A stretch of 64,000 bases of DNA from the NCBI GenBank assembly GCA_965261915.1, contig CBDHDW010000013.1, positions 1,408,491-1,472,490 of the forward strand, written 5' to 3'. This document shows positions 45,967-55,640 of this stretch, piece by piece (the first letter of the stretch is position 1; each line of letters starts with the position of its first letter). The notes under the pieces are model-generated. The model did no database searches and was not told where the DNA came from. It saw only the letters and a list, made by a program, of their open reading frames with translations. This DNA comes from Candidatus Poriferihabitaceae bacterium (GTDB taxonomy: Bacteria > Pseudomonadota > Gammaproteobacteria > Arenicellales > Poriferihabitantaceae). The translations under genes and the position numbers were made by a program.

Positions 45967-47118
45967 ATGCCGGAAAAAGAGCAAATTCACATCCGAAATC
46001 TGGTGGCAGCCTGTTCCGCAATTTGTGTGTTCGGTCTGGCATTTGGCATGACCTATCCCCTGCTTTCTCTGATCATGGAATCCAGAGGAGTATCCCCAGG
46101 CATGATCGGTATCAATTCTGCGATGATGCCCATTGGAATATTGATGTTCTCATCCGTAATACCGTACCTTGCCAGGCGTTATGGCGGAAGAAACATTGCC
46201 GCAATAGCAGCAGTGATCACTTCAATTCTCATTCTGGCTTATAAGGCATTTGATCATCTCGAAGCCTGGTTTGTCATTCGTATGTTGCAGGGAATGTCCA
46301 TTTCGACGCTGTTTGTATTGAGCGAAGCGTGGATAGTCAGATTTGCAGGCAGCAGGCATCGCGGCAAGATTATTGCTTTGTATGGCAGTGTATTGTCAGC
46401 CAGCTTTGGCGCGGGGCCAGCGCTGGTGAGCTGGATTGGCATTGATGGCTGGATGCCATTCGTCGTTGGGTCGGTGATTATCGTACTGGGCATCTTTCCG
46501 GTTTTCCTGTTAAAAGAAGATTTGTCTGAACCAAAGGAAGAAGCACGGGCAGCGGGCATCTTTGAATTTGCGCCGAAAGCTCCGATGCTAATGGCATGTG
46601 TGTTCGCATTTGCGATCCTGGACGCAGCCACATTGTCACTATTGCCGGTTTACGGTATCGAAAATGGCCTTGATATATCCACTTCAGCCCTGATTCTGAC
46701 CGCACTCATTGTTGGTAATACGGTTTTGCAGTTTCCCATCGGTTGGCTGGCAGATAAATATCCACACCGAGCCGTTCTGGCAGGCTGTGCATTCGTCACT
46801 GTGGTGATGCTGATGATATTACCCTGGGTAATGGCGACAGCTTTGATGTGGCCTGTGGTAATTACTGCCGGTGCCGCTGGCTACGGCATTTACACCGTAT
46901 CCTTAACCTCGTTAGGGAGCCGTTTTAACGGTATCCAGCTGGTTAACGGTTCTGCTGCATTTGCAGCGATGTGGGGTGTCGGAGCGTTGATTGGCTCCTT
47001 GTCTGGAGGTTGGTCGATGACGTTGTTTGGCCCCCATGGATTGCCTTACCATCTGGCACTCGTTTATTTGATTCTGGTGATTGGTTTGGCCATGCGCGGC
47101 TATCAAACAAAACGATAA
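45967..47118 (+). CDS. MFS transporter (ORF opens at TTG 45961)
   Basis: About 383 aa, 12 TM. Confidence 0.8.
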   Translation: MPEKEQIHIRNLVAACSAICVFGLAFGMTYPLLSLIMESRGVSPGMIGINSAMMPIGILMFSSVIPYLARRYGGRNIAAIAAVITSILILAYKAFDHLEAWFVIRMLQGMSISTLFVLSEAWIVRFAGSRHRGKIIALYGSVLSASFGAGPALVSWIGIDGWMPFVVGSVIIVLGIFPVFLLKEDLSEPKEEARAAGIFEFAPKAPMLMACVFAFAILDAATLSLLPVYGIENGLDISTSALILTALIVGNTVLQFPIGWLADKYPHRAVLAGCAFVTVVMLMILPWVMATALMWPVVITAGAAGYGIYTVSLTSLGSRFNGIQLVNGSAAFAAMWGVGALIGSLSGGWSMTLFGPHGLPYHLALVYLILVIGLAMRGYQTKR

Positions 47119-47272
47119 GCGCGGTCAGGATTTTGAGCCGAACGGATTCGGGAATTGCGTCATACCATTCGTCGGTATTGTCGAACTTCGGGTCGACATC
47201 AAATATGACAGCCCTGAAATCATAAACCCGATGACGTACCACCTGACCAGGCTGAAATTTGGCGATTCTGAA
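47119..47272 (-). pseudogene. remnant of a YccV/HspQ-like hemimethylated-DNA-binding domain gene
   Basis: The - strand reads IAKFQPGQVVRHRVYDFRAVIFDVDPKF...EWY (compare HspQ KFGIGQQVRH...GVVVDIDP). No usable start, and the distal part is replaced by the MFS 3' end. Confidence 0.3.
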
Positions 47273-47448
47273 TACGGTACAGAAAATATCCTGTTGGTTC
47301 TCGCGATAAATAACGTTTCGTCTCGCACTACAACACTCTGCGGGTAGTGACGGGGTTTTATGGAAATAAATTGATTAAACACGCTAATTTGTATTTTCTC
47401 AGGTTCCGGGTGATGATAAATTTCAACGCCGAACCTGAGTGAATTTGA

Positions 47449-48279
47449 ATGCGGGTTCGAATCATCGAAATCCTGATTATTTCGGTAACCCGTTTATGCA
47501 ATTGGATTAAAAACTTGAAATCTTTGGTAGAGAGCCGTCGCTTCGAAATTTTTATTGTTACGCTGATCGTTATAAACGCGATAACACTGGGTTTGGAAAC
47601 GGATAGCAGGGTAATGGAAGCAATTGGGCCGTTGCTGATATTTCTCGACAAAATGGTTTTGACGATATTTGTATTAGAAGTTCTGATTAAGGTTTGTGTC
47701 TATCGTTTACGTTTTTTTAAGGACCCCTGGCGTATCTTTGATTTGTTGGTGGTGGGTATCTCTTTGTTGCCGGCGACCGGAAATCTCTCGGTATTGCGTG
47801 CGCTGCGTATTCTGCGGGTTCTGCGCCTGATTAGTGTCGTGCCATCGCTGAGAAAAGTGGTGGGTGGACTGGTGGCTGCATTACCCGGTATGGGGTCGAT
47901 AACATTGCTGTTGTTACTGGTTTTCTACGTATTTTCGGTAATGGCAACCAAACTGTACGGCGGCGCATTCCCTGACTGGTTCGGCTCAATCGGCGATTCT
48001 GCGTATTCGCTTTTCCAGATTATGACGCTGGAAAGCTGGTCTATGGGTATCGTTCGACCCGTCATGCAACAATTTCCGCTGGCCTGGATATTTTTTATCG
48101 TGTTTATTCTTTGTACTTCGTTTACGGTATTAAATTTATTCATCGGAATTATTGTTTCAGCGATGCAATCCGAAACGGAGGATTCTGCACACCAAGATCG
48201 TGAACAATTAATAGCTCGTCAGGATCTCATCATGCAGGAGCTTAAATCGATTCGGCAAATCATCGATCGGAAAACCTGA
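47449..48279 (+). CDS. bacterial voltage-gated sodium channel (BacNav/NaChBac family)
   Basis: 276 aa, 6 TM. S4 LRALRILRVLRLISVVPSLRKVV. Selectivity filter FQIMTLESWSMGIVRPVM. Confidence 0.9.
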   Translation: MRVRIIEILIISVTRLCNWIKNLKSLVESRRFEIFIVTLIVINAITLGLETDSRVMEAIGPLLIFLDKMVLTIFVLEVLIKVCVYRLRFFKDPWRIFDLLVVGISLLPATGNLSVLRALRILRVLRLISVVPSLRKVVGGLVAALPGMGSITLLLLLVFYVFSVMATKLYGGAFPDWFGSIGDSAYSLFQIMTLESWSMGIVRPVMQQFPLAWIFFIVFILCTSFTVLNLFIGIIVSAMQSETEDSAHQDREQLIARQDLIMQELKSIRQIIDRKT

Positions 48280-48388
48280 TTGCTGTCGATATTTGAACCG
48301 GATATAAGATGCGCTGCTGTTAGAATTCGCGGAATATTCCAGCTTGAAATTCAAGCGTTTTTAAAACTTAACCAGATGAGGCTAAATA

Positions 48389-49273
48389 ATGAATCATGAT
48401 GTTGTCATTACCTGTGCCGTTACCGGAGCAGGGGACACTACAGATAAAAGTGAACATGTTCCAGTGACACCGGAGCAAATTGCCAATGCCGCAATTGAAG
48501 CGGCGAATGCGGGTGCCGCTGTTGCGCACATTCATGTTCGCGATCCGGAAACCGGTAAGGGCTCTCGTGACGTGGGTTTGTTCAGGGAAGCAGTGGACCG
48601 GGTAAGAGACAGCGCTGTGGATGTCATCATTAACCTTACCGCAGGGATGGGCGGGGACTGGATTCCGAGTGACGAAGACCCTGCATTGCCGGGGCCGGGT
48701 ACCGATATGGTTGGACCGGAAGAACGACTGGCGCACGTTATCGAATGTATGCCGGATATTTGCAGTCTGGATTGCGGTACGATGGTGTTCGGAAATGGCA
48801 ATGACCTGTATCTGAATACCCCGACCTATTTGCGTACCATGGCAAAAATTGTTCAGGATATGGGTGTTAAGCCTGAGCTTGAAGTGTTTGATCTTGGCCA
48901 GGTGCGTCTTGCCAGAGCACTGGTCGATGAAGGATTGATCGATGCTCCGCCAATGTTTCAGTTATGTCTCGGTATACCCTGGGGAGCGGGTGCTGATACT
49001 GAAACCATGGTTGCGATGAAACAGGCATTACCCGACAACGCAGTCTGGGCCGGGTTTGGTATTTCCAGAATGCAAATGCCGATGGTTGCTCAGGCCATGG
49101 TTTTAGGCGGCAATGTCCGTGTTGGATTAGAAGACAATATTTATCTCGACCGCGGGGTCCTGGCCACTAACGGACAATTGGTTCAGCGCGCAGTGGAAAT
49201 AGTTGAGCGTCTCGGTGGACGCGCATTATCTGCTGCAGAAGCCCGGCAAAAAATTGGTTTGAAACCGCAGTAG
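48389..49273 (+). CDS. BKACE-family enzyme (DUF849), paralog 2
   Basis: 294 aa. VITCAVTG...PVTPEQIA...[11 protein letters not shown]...VGLEDNIY. Confidence 0.85.
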   Translation: MNHDVVITCAVTGAGDTTDKSEHVPVTPEQIANAAIEAANAGAAVAHIHVRDPETGKGSRDVGLFREAVDRVRDSAVDVIINLTAGMGGDWIPSDEDPALPGPGTDMVGPEERLAHVIECMPDICSLDCGTMVFGNGNDLYLNTPTYLRTMAKIVQDMGVKPELEVFDLGQVRLARALVDEGLIDAPPMFQLCLGIPWGAGADTETMVAMKQALPDNAVWAGFGISRMQMPMVAQAMVLGGNVRVGLEDNIYLDRGVLATNGQLVQRAVEIVERLGGRALSAAEARQKIGLKPQ

Positions 49274-49321
49274 AATTATTTTCATCTGTTGGAAATAACC
49301 GCCGAATCAGGGGGCGTACTT

Positions 49322-50968
49322 TTAGTTGCCAGCGAGCATTTCCGCAGTCGGTGCTTCGCCTCTTTTACGGCGTTCCACCAGGTCATCGAGCCAGTCCGGG
49401 TCCATTTCCGGTACCGATGAAAGCAGCAGTTCGGTGTATTTTTCCCAGGGCGGATCCAGTATTTCCTGTTTTCGTCCCTGTTCCACAATACCCCCTTGAT
49501 ACATAACTACGATCTCATCCGCAATGGCTTTCACGGTGGCCAGATCATGGGTGATAAACAGATAGGAAACATTAAGTTCCATTTGCAGGTTCTGCAGCAG
49601 GTCGAGAATGCCTTCTGCAACCAGTTGATCCAAAGCAGAAGTCACTTCATCACAGATAATTAACTCAGGCTCTGCTGCCAATGCACGGGCTATACAAATG
49701 CGCTGTTTTTCTCCGCCCGACAATTGCCCTGGAAAGCGATCAATATAACTTCCCGGAATTTCGATTTTGCGAAGTAACGCTAAAACTTTGGTTTCGTTTT
49801 CGTCGCCGGAAATGTTCCGGTAAAACTCCAGGGGACGACCTATAATTTCGCGGATGCGGTGACGCGGGTTCATCGCCACGTCAGCCATTTGGTAAATCAT
49901 CTGGATGGAGCGAAGATTCTCTTTACTTTTATCTTTCAGGCTCGGAGGGAGAAGTTCTCCCCGATAGGTGATCGTGCCCTCAGAAGGCGGCAGCAGACCG
50001 GTGATAACCCTGGCCAATGTGCTTTTACCGCTACCGGACTCGCCTACAACGGCCACGGTTCTGCCTTTTTCCAGCTTGACGTTAATGTTTTTAAGCACAT
50101 CCGCTCGGCTACCGGGGTAATGTGCGGTGACGTTGTTAACTTCTAATATTATGTCTTTACCATCCCCGCTGGAACGTTGATCCCGAAGGGAGCGAACCGC
50201 TAAAAGCTTTTGAGTGTATTCCTGTTTAGGGTGGTCCAGCATTTCTCTGGCATTGCCTTCTTCAACCAGGTCACCGTATCGCAGCACCATGATTCGGTCA
50301 GCCATTTGTGCGACCACGGCAAGATCATGGGTGATGTAAATTGCTGCAACATTTCTGGCTTTTACCGCTTCTTTTATCGCCGATAGAACTTCAATTTGTG
50401 TGGTTACATCGAGTGCTGTGGTGGGCTCGTCAAATATGATGATAGCTGGATTGCTTCCCAAAGCCATCGCGGTCATTGCGCGTTGTAACTGGCCACCCGA
50501 AACCTGGTGTGGGTAGCGTTTACCAATGGTGTCTGGCTCCGGCAGATCGAGTTGCCGATACAGTTCTCGACCACGAATTTCAGCTTCTGAGGATTTCATT
50601 TTTCCATGCTGAACAGGTGCTTCTGAAAATTGTTCAATCAAGGTGTGAGCCGGATTAAAGGAAGCCGCAGCACTTTGAGCAACGTAGGCAACCTTATTAC
50701 CCCGAATATCCCGCAGTTCAGCTTCAGTTTTACCGACAAGTTCGTCACCGTCCAGTTTAATTGAGCCGGAGACGATTCGACACCCTGGTTTGGTGTAGCC
50801 CAACGCGCAAAGCCCAAGTGTCGATTTTCCGGCACCAGATTCCCCTATTAAGCCGATTACTTCGCCTCGCTTCAGCGTCATCGACAAACTGTTGACGATG
50901 GGTTTCCACTCGCCTTCGATATCGGCTTCAATCAGGATGTCTTTAATTTCCAGTAAATTTTCGCGCAT
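49322..50968 (-). CDS. ABC transporter ATP-binding protein with two fused ATPase domains (Dpp/Opp type)
   Basis: 548 aa. Two Walker A sites (GESGAGKST, GESGSGKST) and two LSGG signatures. Confidence 0.9.
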   Translation of the reverse strand: MRENLLEIKDILIEADIEGEWKPIVNSLSMTLKRGEVIGLIGESGAGKSTLGLCALGYTKPGCRIVSGSIKLDGDELVGKTEAELRDIRGNKVAYVAQSAAASFNPAHTLIEQFSEAPVQHGKMKSSEAEIRGRELYRQLDLPEPDTIGKRYPHQVSGGQLQRAMTAMALGSNPAIIIFDEPTTALDVTTQIEVLSAIKEAVKARNVAAIYITHDLAVVAQMADRIMVLRYGDLVEEGNAREMLDHPKQEYTQKLLAVRSLRDQRSSGDGKDIILEVNNVTAHYPGSRADVLKNINVKLEKGRTVAVVGESGSGKSTLARVITGLLPPSEGTITYRGELLPPSLKDKSKENLRSIQMIYQMADVAMNPRHRIREIIGRPLEFYRNISGDENETKVLALLRKIEIPGSYIDRFPGQLSGGEKQRICIARALAAEPELIICDEVTSALDQLVAEGILDLLQNLQMELNVSYLFITHDLATVKAIADEIVVMYQGGIVEQGRKQEILDPPWEKYTELLLSSVPEMDPDWLDDLVERRKRGEAPTAEMLAGN

Positions 50969-50977
50969 GATTTTGTC

Positions 50978-51820
50978 CTAGTGATCATCCCGTAAGCCAC
51001 TGGCTTTATGCACCAGCGAATCAACCAACAGGTTTATTCCAATGGTCAGCAGTGCGATGCAGGATGCTGGAAGAAGAGGGTGCATATAGCCCCATGCGAT
51101 GCCTTCTGAGTTGGATCGAACCATGGCGCCCCAATCCGCCAGTGGCGGCTGCAGTCCGAGTCCGAGAAAGCTCAAGCCACTGATGAGCAGGAAAACGAAA
51201 CAAAACCGTAATCCAAATTCCGCAGCAAGTGGCGTTATGGCATTGGGCAGAATTTCGCGTTTCATGATCCACCATAATCCTTCACCTCGAAGTCGGGCCG
51301 CCTCAACGTAGTCCATAACTTCGATATCCATCGCAACAGCACGGGCAATCCGGTAAACCGGCATTGCATAGATGATGCCAATAACAGTGGCGAGTACGAA
51401 AAACGAAGTGCCTACCGCTGATACCACGATTAAGGCGCAGATCAGCGTGGGTACGGAAATGATGATGTCAACGATTCGACTCAAAACCTGATCAACCCAG
51501 CCGCCTGTGGTGGCCGCCAAAAACCCCATCAACGCGCCCAGGCCAAAAGAACAAGTGGTGGTTAACAGCGCCAGCACAATCGTATTTCGGGCCCCATAGA
51601 TGAGTCTCGAGAGTATGTCTCGGCCAATAATATCGGTTCCGAAAACAAAGTTTCCGCCGATCGGTTCCCAAACATCACCAACAATTTGACTTTCACCATA
51701 CGGTGCAAGCCACGGTGCAAATGCGGCGCAGATGCCGAAGAATACAATAATAAACAAGCCGACTCTGGCGCTCCAGTTTAGCTCAGATATATGTTCTTTA
51801 CAGGCAGATAAGAATTTCAT
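50978..51820 (-). CDS. ABC transporter permease (DppC-like)
   Basis: 280 aa, BPD_transp_1-type topology. Confidence 0.85.
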   Translation of the reverse strand: MKFLSACKEHISELNWSARVGLFIIVFFGICAAFAPWLAPYGESQIVGDVWEPIGGNFVFGTDIIGRDILSRLIYGARNTIVLALLTTTCSFGLGALMGFLAATTGGWVDQVLSRIVDIIISVPTLICALIVVSAVGTSFFVLATVIGIIYAMPVYRIARAVAMDIEVMDYVEAARLRGEGLWWIMKREILPNAITPLAAEFGLRFCFVFLLISGLSFLGLGLQPPLADWGAMVRSNSEGIAWGYMHPLLPASCIALLTIGINLLVDSLVHKASGLRDDH

Positions 51821-51823
51821 GGT

Positions 51824-52783
51824 TTACCTCCGATGACGTAAACGCGGATTGGCGATGATCGACAGCACATCGGCAAGAAGATTAAGCAGAACATACGCTG
51901 ATGCAAAGATCATTGCAGTGGCCTGAACCACGGTCATGTTTCTTAGCTGTACAGAATCAACCATCAGCGCGCCTAATCCAGGGTATACAAAAACGACTTC
52001 GATAATGACTACGCCGACTACCATAAAGGCGATATTGAGAATCACCACCTGGATGATTGGCGCCCAGGCATTCGGTAAGGCATGTCTGACAATAATTCTT
52101 CCGGGCCTGATGCCTTTTAATTTCGCCATTTCGATGTAAGGGCTTGCCAGCAGATTAACAATAGATGCCCGCGTCATTCGCATCATGTGTGCAATGGAAA
52201 TTAATGTCAGGGTTAATACCGGCAGCGCTGAGACATACACTCGTTCCCAGAAATCCATATTTGCCGAGACGTTTGAGATGGCCGGGAAGATGGTGAGCTT
52301 AACGGCAAACAGTGCCATCAGAATGTAAGCGACGAAAAAATCCGGAACCGAGATGGTGCTTAAGGTGGTAACTGAAATTCCGCGGTCAAAGCCGGTGTTT
52401 CGATAAAGTGCCGCGATGATGCCGAGAAAAATCCCCACTGGAATGGCCACCATGGAGGAGAAGGCGGCGAGGTAAAGGGTATTGCCGATACGCGCACCGA
52501 TTAATGAGGCCACCGTTCGCTTGTTTGCCAGTGAGTTGCCGAGATCGCCCTGCATGAAGTTGAACAGCCACTCCACGTATCGTATTAATACGGGGCGGTC
52601 CAAATCGAGTTGCGCGCGGCAGGCGGCTAAGGTCTCTTCGGAAGCCATTTGTCCCTGAATTGCGCTACAGATATCACCCGACAGCATCTCGACACCAACG
52701 GTAATCAGGAATGAGATAGCGAGTATGGTAAAAATACCAAGCCCTATACGCTTGGCAATCATAATCATAAGTTCTTTATTCAC
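51824..52783 (-). CDS. ABC transporter permease (DppB-like)
   Basis: 319 aa, permease topology. Confidence 0.85.
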   Translation of the reverse strand: MNKELMIMIAKRIGLGIFTILAISFLITVGVEMLSGDICSAIQGQMASEETLAACRAQLDLDRPVLIRYVEWLFNFMQGDLGNSLANKRTVASLIGARIGNTLYLAAFSSMVAIPVGIFLGIIAALYRNTGFDRGISVTTLSTISVPDFFVAYILMALFAVKLTIFPAISNVSANMDFWERVYVSALPVLTLTLISIAHMMRMTRASIVNLLASPYIEMAKLKGIRPGRIIVRHALPNAWAPIIQVVILNIAFMVVGVVIIEVVFVYPGLGALMVDSVQLRNMTVVQATAMIFASAYVLLNLLADVLSIIANPRLRHRR

Positions 52784-52907
52784 ATTGGCACCAATACCGA
52801 GATAAATACGAATACATCAGAATAAATAAAAAAGGCGGTCAGAACAATCTGACCGCCCCATAGCAGATTATTTTTTATAATTGATTTTTCAAATCAAATG
52901 CAGCTGC

Positions 52908-54506
52908 TTATGCAAACCACCAACGTGATGCACTTCGCGCACCATCCAGATCCCAGTTACCTGCGATCTTGTCCGGTTTGCCTAATGCAGTTGACGCAGC
53001 ATCGACGTTATTTACAAAACACGGCACAACGACACCGCCTTCGTTACTCACGATAGTTTGCATTTCAACATAAATGTCGTTGCGCTTGGCTTCGTCAAGT
53101 TCTGCACGTCCCGCGACGAGCAGCTCTTCAAAACGCGCGTGGTTCCAGAAAGTGTCTGTCCAGTTACTGGCGTTGGCATAAGCAAGAGTGAACATCCAGT
53201 CAGCGGTAGGTCGTCCGCTCCAGTAGCAGGCACTCCATGGAACCTTCATCCATACGTTATCCCAGTAGCCGTCCGGAGAAACCCGATTTACCTTCAGATT
53301 GATAGCCGCTGGTTTTAGTGCTTCAGCGTAGAGTTCACTTGCGTCTACGGCGCCACCAAATGCGGCATCAGCAGCGGACAGTTCAACGTCCAGACTGGTT
53401 AAACCGGCCTGCTTGAGATGCCATTTCGCTTTATCGATATCGTATTCACGCTGCGGTAAATCCGAAGCATGATAATTTTGAGTGGAAGCAATCGGATGAT
53501 CGTTACCCACAGAACCGTAGCCGCGTAATACCGTGTCCACGAAGCCTTGACGGTCCATGCCGTATTTCAACGCCATTCTGACATCATTGTTGTCAAATGG
53601 GGCTGAGCGGATATCCATCGGGAAGGTGAAATGCTTGGTGCCGGTAACCTGCAATACATCGACATCGGGTTTCTTTTCCAGTAAGCCTGCGGTTTTCAGG
53701 TCGCAGCGTACGATGGCGTCAACCTGCCCGGTAACCATGGCGTTCATACGCGCCGCAGTATCGTTAATGGCCGTCATGTGAACTTCATCGAAGTTGCCTT
53801 CATTTTCAATAAAGTAATTGGGGTTGCGTGTCATTGTAGCGCGCACACCAGGCTCGAATTCCCCCATAACGTAAGCGCCGGTTCCATCACCGGAAGCCCA
53901 ATCAATAGCGCCTGATGCATCCGCATTACCAATCAAAATATGGTAGTCACTCAACAGGTAAGGGAAATCTGCGTTGCCGCTTTGCAGTGAAAAAACAAGG
54001 CTGTCACCGTCTTTGCTGATTTCGCCCATGGATTCTGCAACAGACTTCGCAGCAGAAGTGGAGTCTTCACCGCGATGGTGTTCGATTGAAGCGACAACAT
54101 CATCCAGCGTCAGCGTTTTTCCGCTATGGAATTCAATACCTTGTTTCATTTTCACACGCCAGGTCGCGGCGTCTGCAGAAGGTTCGAGGCTGGCGGCCAA
54201 TTCAGCGACGGCTTCACCATTTTCATTCACCCGAACGAGCTGGTTTCTAACGGCACCGTGGTTCATGTTAAGCATGAAAGTATCGCTAGTGGTTGCCGGA
54301 TCCATGGAGTCACCAGTATTGGCTCCCCCCAGTCCCATGCGGTAGGTTCCGCCTACTTTCGGCGCCGCTTTTGCAGCTTCGCTATAGAGTGATGGGGCCA
54401 TCGCGCCAACACCCAGAGCCACTGCGCCTTTCATAAAGCCGCGGCGACTCAGTTGGTTGTCAGAAACCTGCTTTTGCAGTTTCTTGATTTGTTTATCTAA
54501 ACTCAT
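52908..54506 (-). CDS. family-5 ABC substrate-binding protein with a Tat-type signal
   Basis: 532 aa. LSRRGFMKGAVALGVGAMAP twin-arginine leader. Confidence 0.85.
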   Translation of the reverse strand: MSLDKQIKKLQKQVSDNQLSRRGFMKGAVALGVGAMAPSLYSEAAKAAPKVGGTYRMGLGGANTGDSMDPATTSDTFMLNMNHGAVRNQLVRVNENGEAVAELAASLEPSADAATWRVKMKQGIEFHSGKTLTLDDVVASIEHHRGEDSTSAAKSVAESMGEISKDGDSLVFSLQSGNADFPYLLSDYHILIGNADASGAIDWASGDGTGAYVMGEFEPGVRATMTRNPNYFIENEGNFDEVHMTAINDTAARMNAMVTGQVDAIVRCDLKTAGLLEKKPDVDVLQVTGTKHFTFPMDIRSAPFDNNDVRMALKYGMDRQGFVDTVLRGYGSVGNDHPIASTQNYHASDLPQREYDIDKAKWHLKQAGLTSLDVELSAADAAFGGAVDASELYAEALKPAAINLKVNRVSPDGYWDNVWMKVPWSACYWSGRPTADWMFTLAYANASNWTDTFWNHARFEELLVAGRAELDEAKRNDIYVEMQTIVSNEGGVVVPCFVNNVDAASTALGKPDKIAGNWDLDGARSASRWWFA

Positions 54507-54543
54507 ATAAGGTGTCCTCCAAAAGACATATATTAATGTTTTT

Positions 54544-54561
54544 TGACAATCTGGATTGTCA
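54544..54561. promoter_or_regulatory. candidate operator: perfect palindrome TGACAATC-TG-GATTGTCA upstream of the ABC operon
   Basis: 8-bp inverted arms, 38-55 nt upstream of the SBP start codon. ATTGTCA-like half-sites recur at 56593-56599 and 56454-56460 (ATTGTCT). Confidence 0.35.
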
Positions 54562-54690
54562 GATTATTGTGCTGCTTAATTAATTAGCCCCGCTATAGTT
54601 AACCAATCAACCAGAAATGTCAAATAATCGACCTGAACAGCGCTTGTTTACGCGCTAAAATCCTGTTTTTACCCAGTGGGGATTGACCTG

Positions 54691-55638
54691 TTAATGGTGA
54701 TTTTTTAATTTCATTTTGGCAATCTCCACCAATCCCTGATTCATTTTTTTACTCAGGCTGGCGAAATCCTCTCCAGCACACATTTCCGCACAGCCGTTGA
54801 CCATCGCATCGCGTAGCGCCTGGGTAAGTTGCGGCGCAATCAGTCTTGTCCAGGGTAACTTTAAGGCGGGTCCAAACTGGTCGAGGCAGTAAGCCATACC
54901 GCCTTCACCGCCACCGACATGGAAAATTTCACAAGGCCCCATCAGTGCCCACCTCGGACCGGGGCCATTAACCACCGCCTGATCGATTTGTGCTACTGTG
55001 GCTTCGCCATTTTCAACCATATGCAACGCTTCTCTCCAAATGGCTTCCTGCAATCGTGTTGCAATAAATCCCGGCACTTCTTTTTGCATGACTAACGGCG
55101 ATTTGCCGGCAGCTTTATAAAATTTCTCTGTCCACTCGACTGTACGAACGCTGGTTTTGTTTCCGCCAATCATCTCTACCAGCGGCAACAGATACGGGGG
55201 ATTGAACGGGTGAGCAACCACGGTTCGTTCGGGTGTCGCACATTTTGACTGAATATCGCTCATGGATAATCCCGAAGTGCTGGAAGCAATAACCACTTCT
55301 GGATCGAGAATTTCGCCTAACGCCTTGTACAGGTTTTGTTTTAATTCCAGAACTTCCGGGATGCTCTCTTGTATAAATTCGGCGTTCTCGACGGCATCTT
55401 CCAGCGAATCGGTCCAGTTGAAGTTGTCCAGGGAAGCGCCGGGGCTCAAGCCAATCTCTACAAGACTTGGCCAGGCGGTCTCTAATAATCGCTGGAGCGC
55501 ATCAATCTCTGATTTATCGTGCAGGTACGTCGTTACGTTATAGCCCTTCGCAAGATAGTGGGCGCTCCAGCCTCCGCCAATGGGGCCGGCGCCGATACAG
55601 GTAATATGCTTTACAGATTCGGCTGATTGATTGAGCAT
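54691..55638 (-). CDS. 3-hydroxyacyl-CoA dehydrogenase-family protein (L-carnitine dehydrogenase-like)
   Basis: 315 aa. N-terminal Rossmann ITCIGAGPIGGGW. No crotonase fusion. Confidence 0.75.
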   Translation of the reverse strand: MLNQSAESVKHITCIGAGPIGGGWSAHYLAKGYNVTTYLHDKSEIDALQRLLETAWPSLVEIGLSPGASLDNFNWTDSLEDAVENAEFIQESIPEVLELKQNLYKALGEILDPEVVIASSTSGLSMSDIQSKCATPERTVVAHPFNPPYLLPLVEMIGGNKTSVRTVEWTEKFYKAAGKSPLVMQKEVPGFIATRLQEAIWREALHMVENGEATVAQIDQAVVNGPGPRWALMGPCEIFHVGGGEGGMAYCLDQFGPALKLPWTRLIAPQLTQALRDAMVNGCAEMCAGEDFASLSKKMNQGLVEIAKMKLKNHH

Positions 55639-55640
55639 GC

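Noticed and set aside
47459-47470. GGTTCGAATC match to the tRNA-Gln T-arm as a possible island att repeat
   Set aside because: The match is only about 10-11 nt, it lies inside the sodium-channel coding sequence, and no integrase is adjacent.
48337-48362. GCTTGAA-A-TTCAAGC palindrome followed by GTTTTT as a terminator or operator between the channel gene and BKACE paralog 2
   Set aside because: The stem would leave a 1-nt loop; the usable stem is only about 4-5 bp. It is too weak to call either way.
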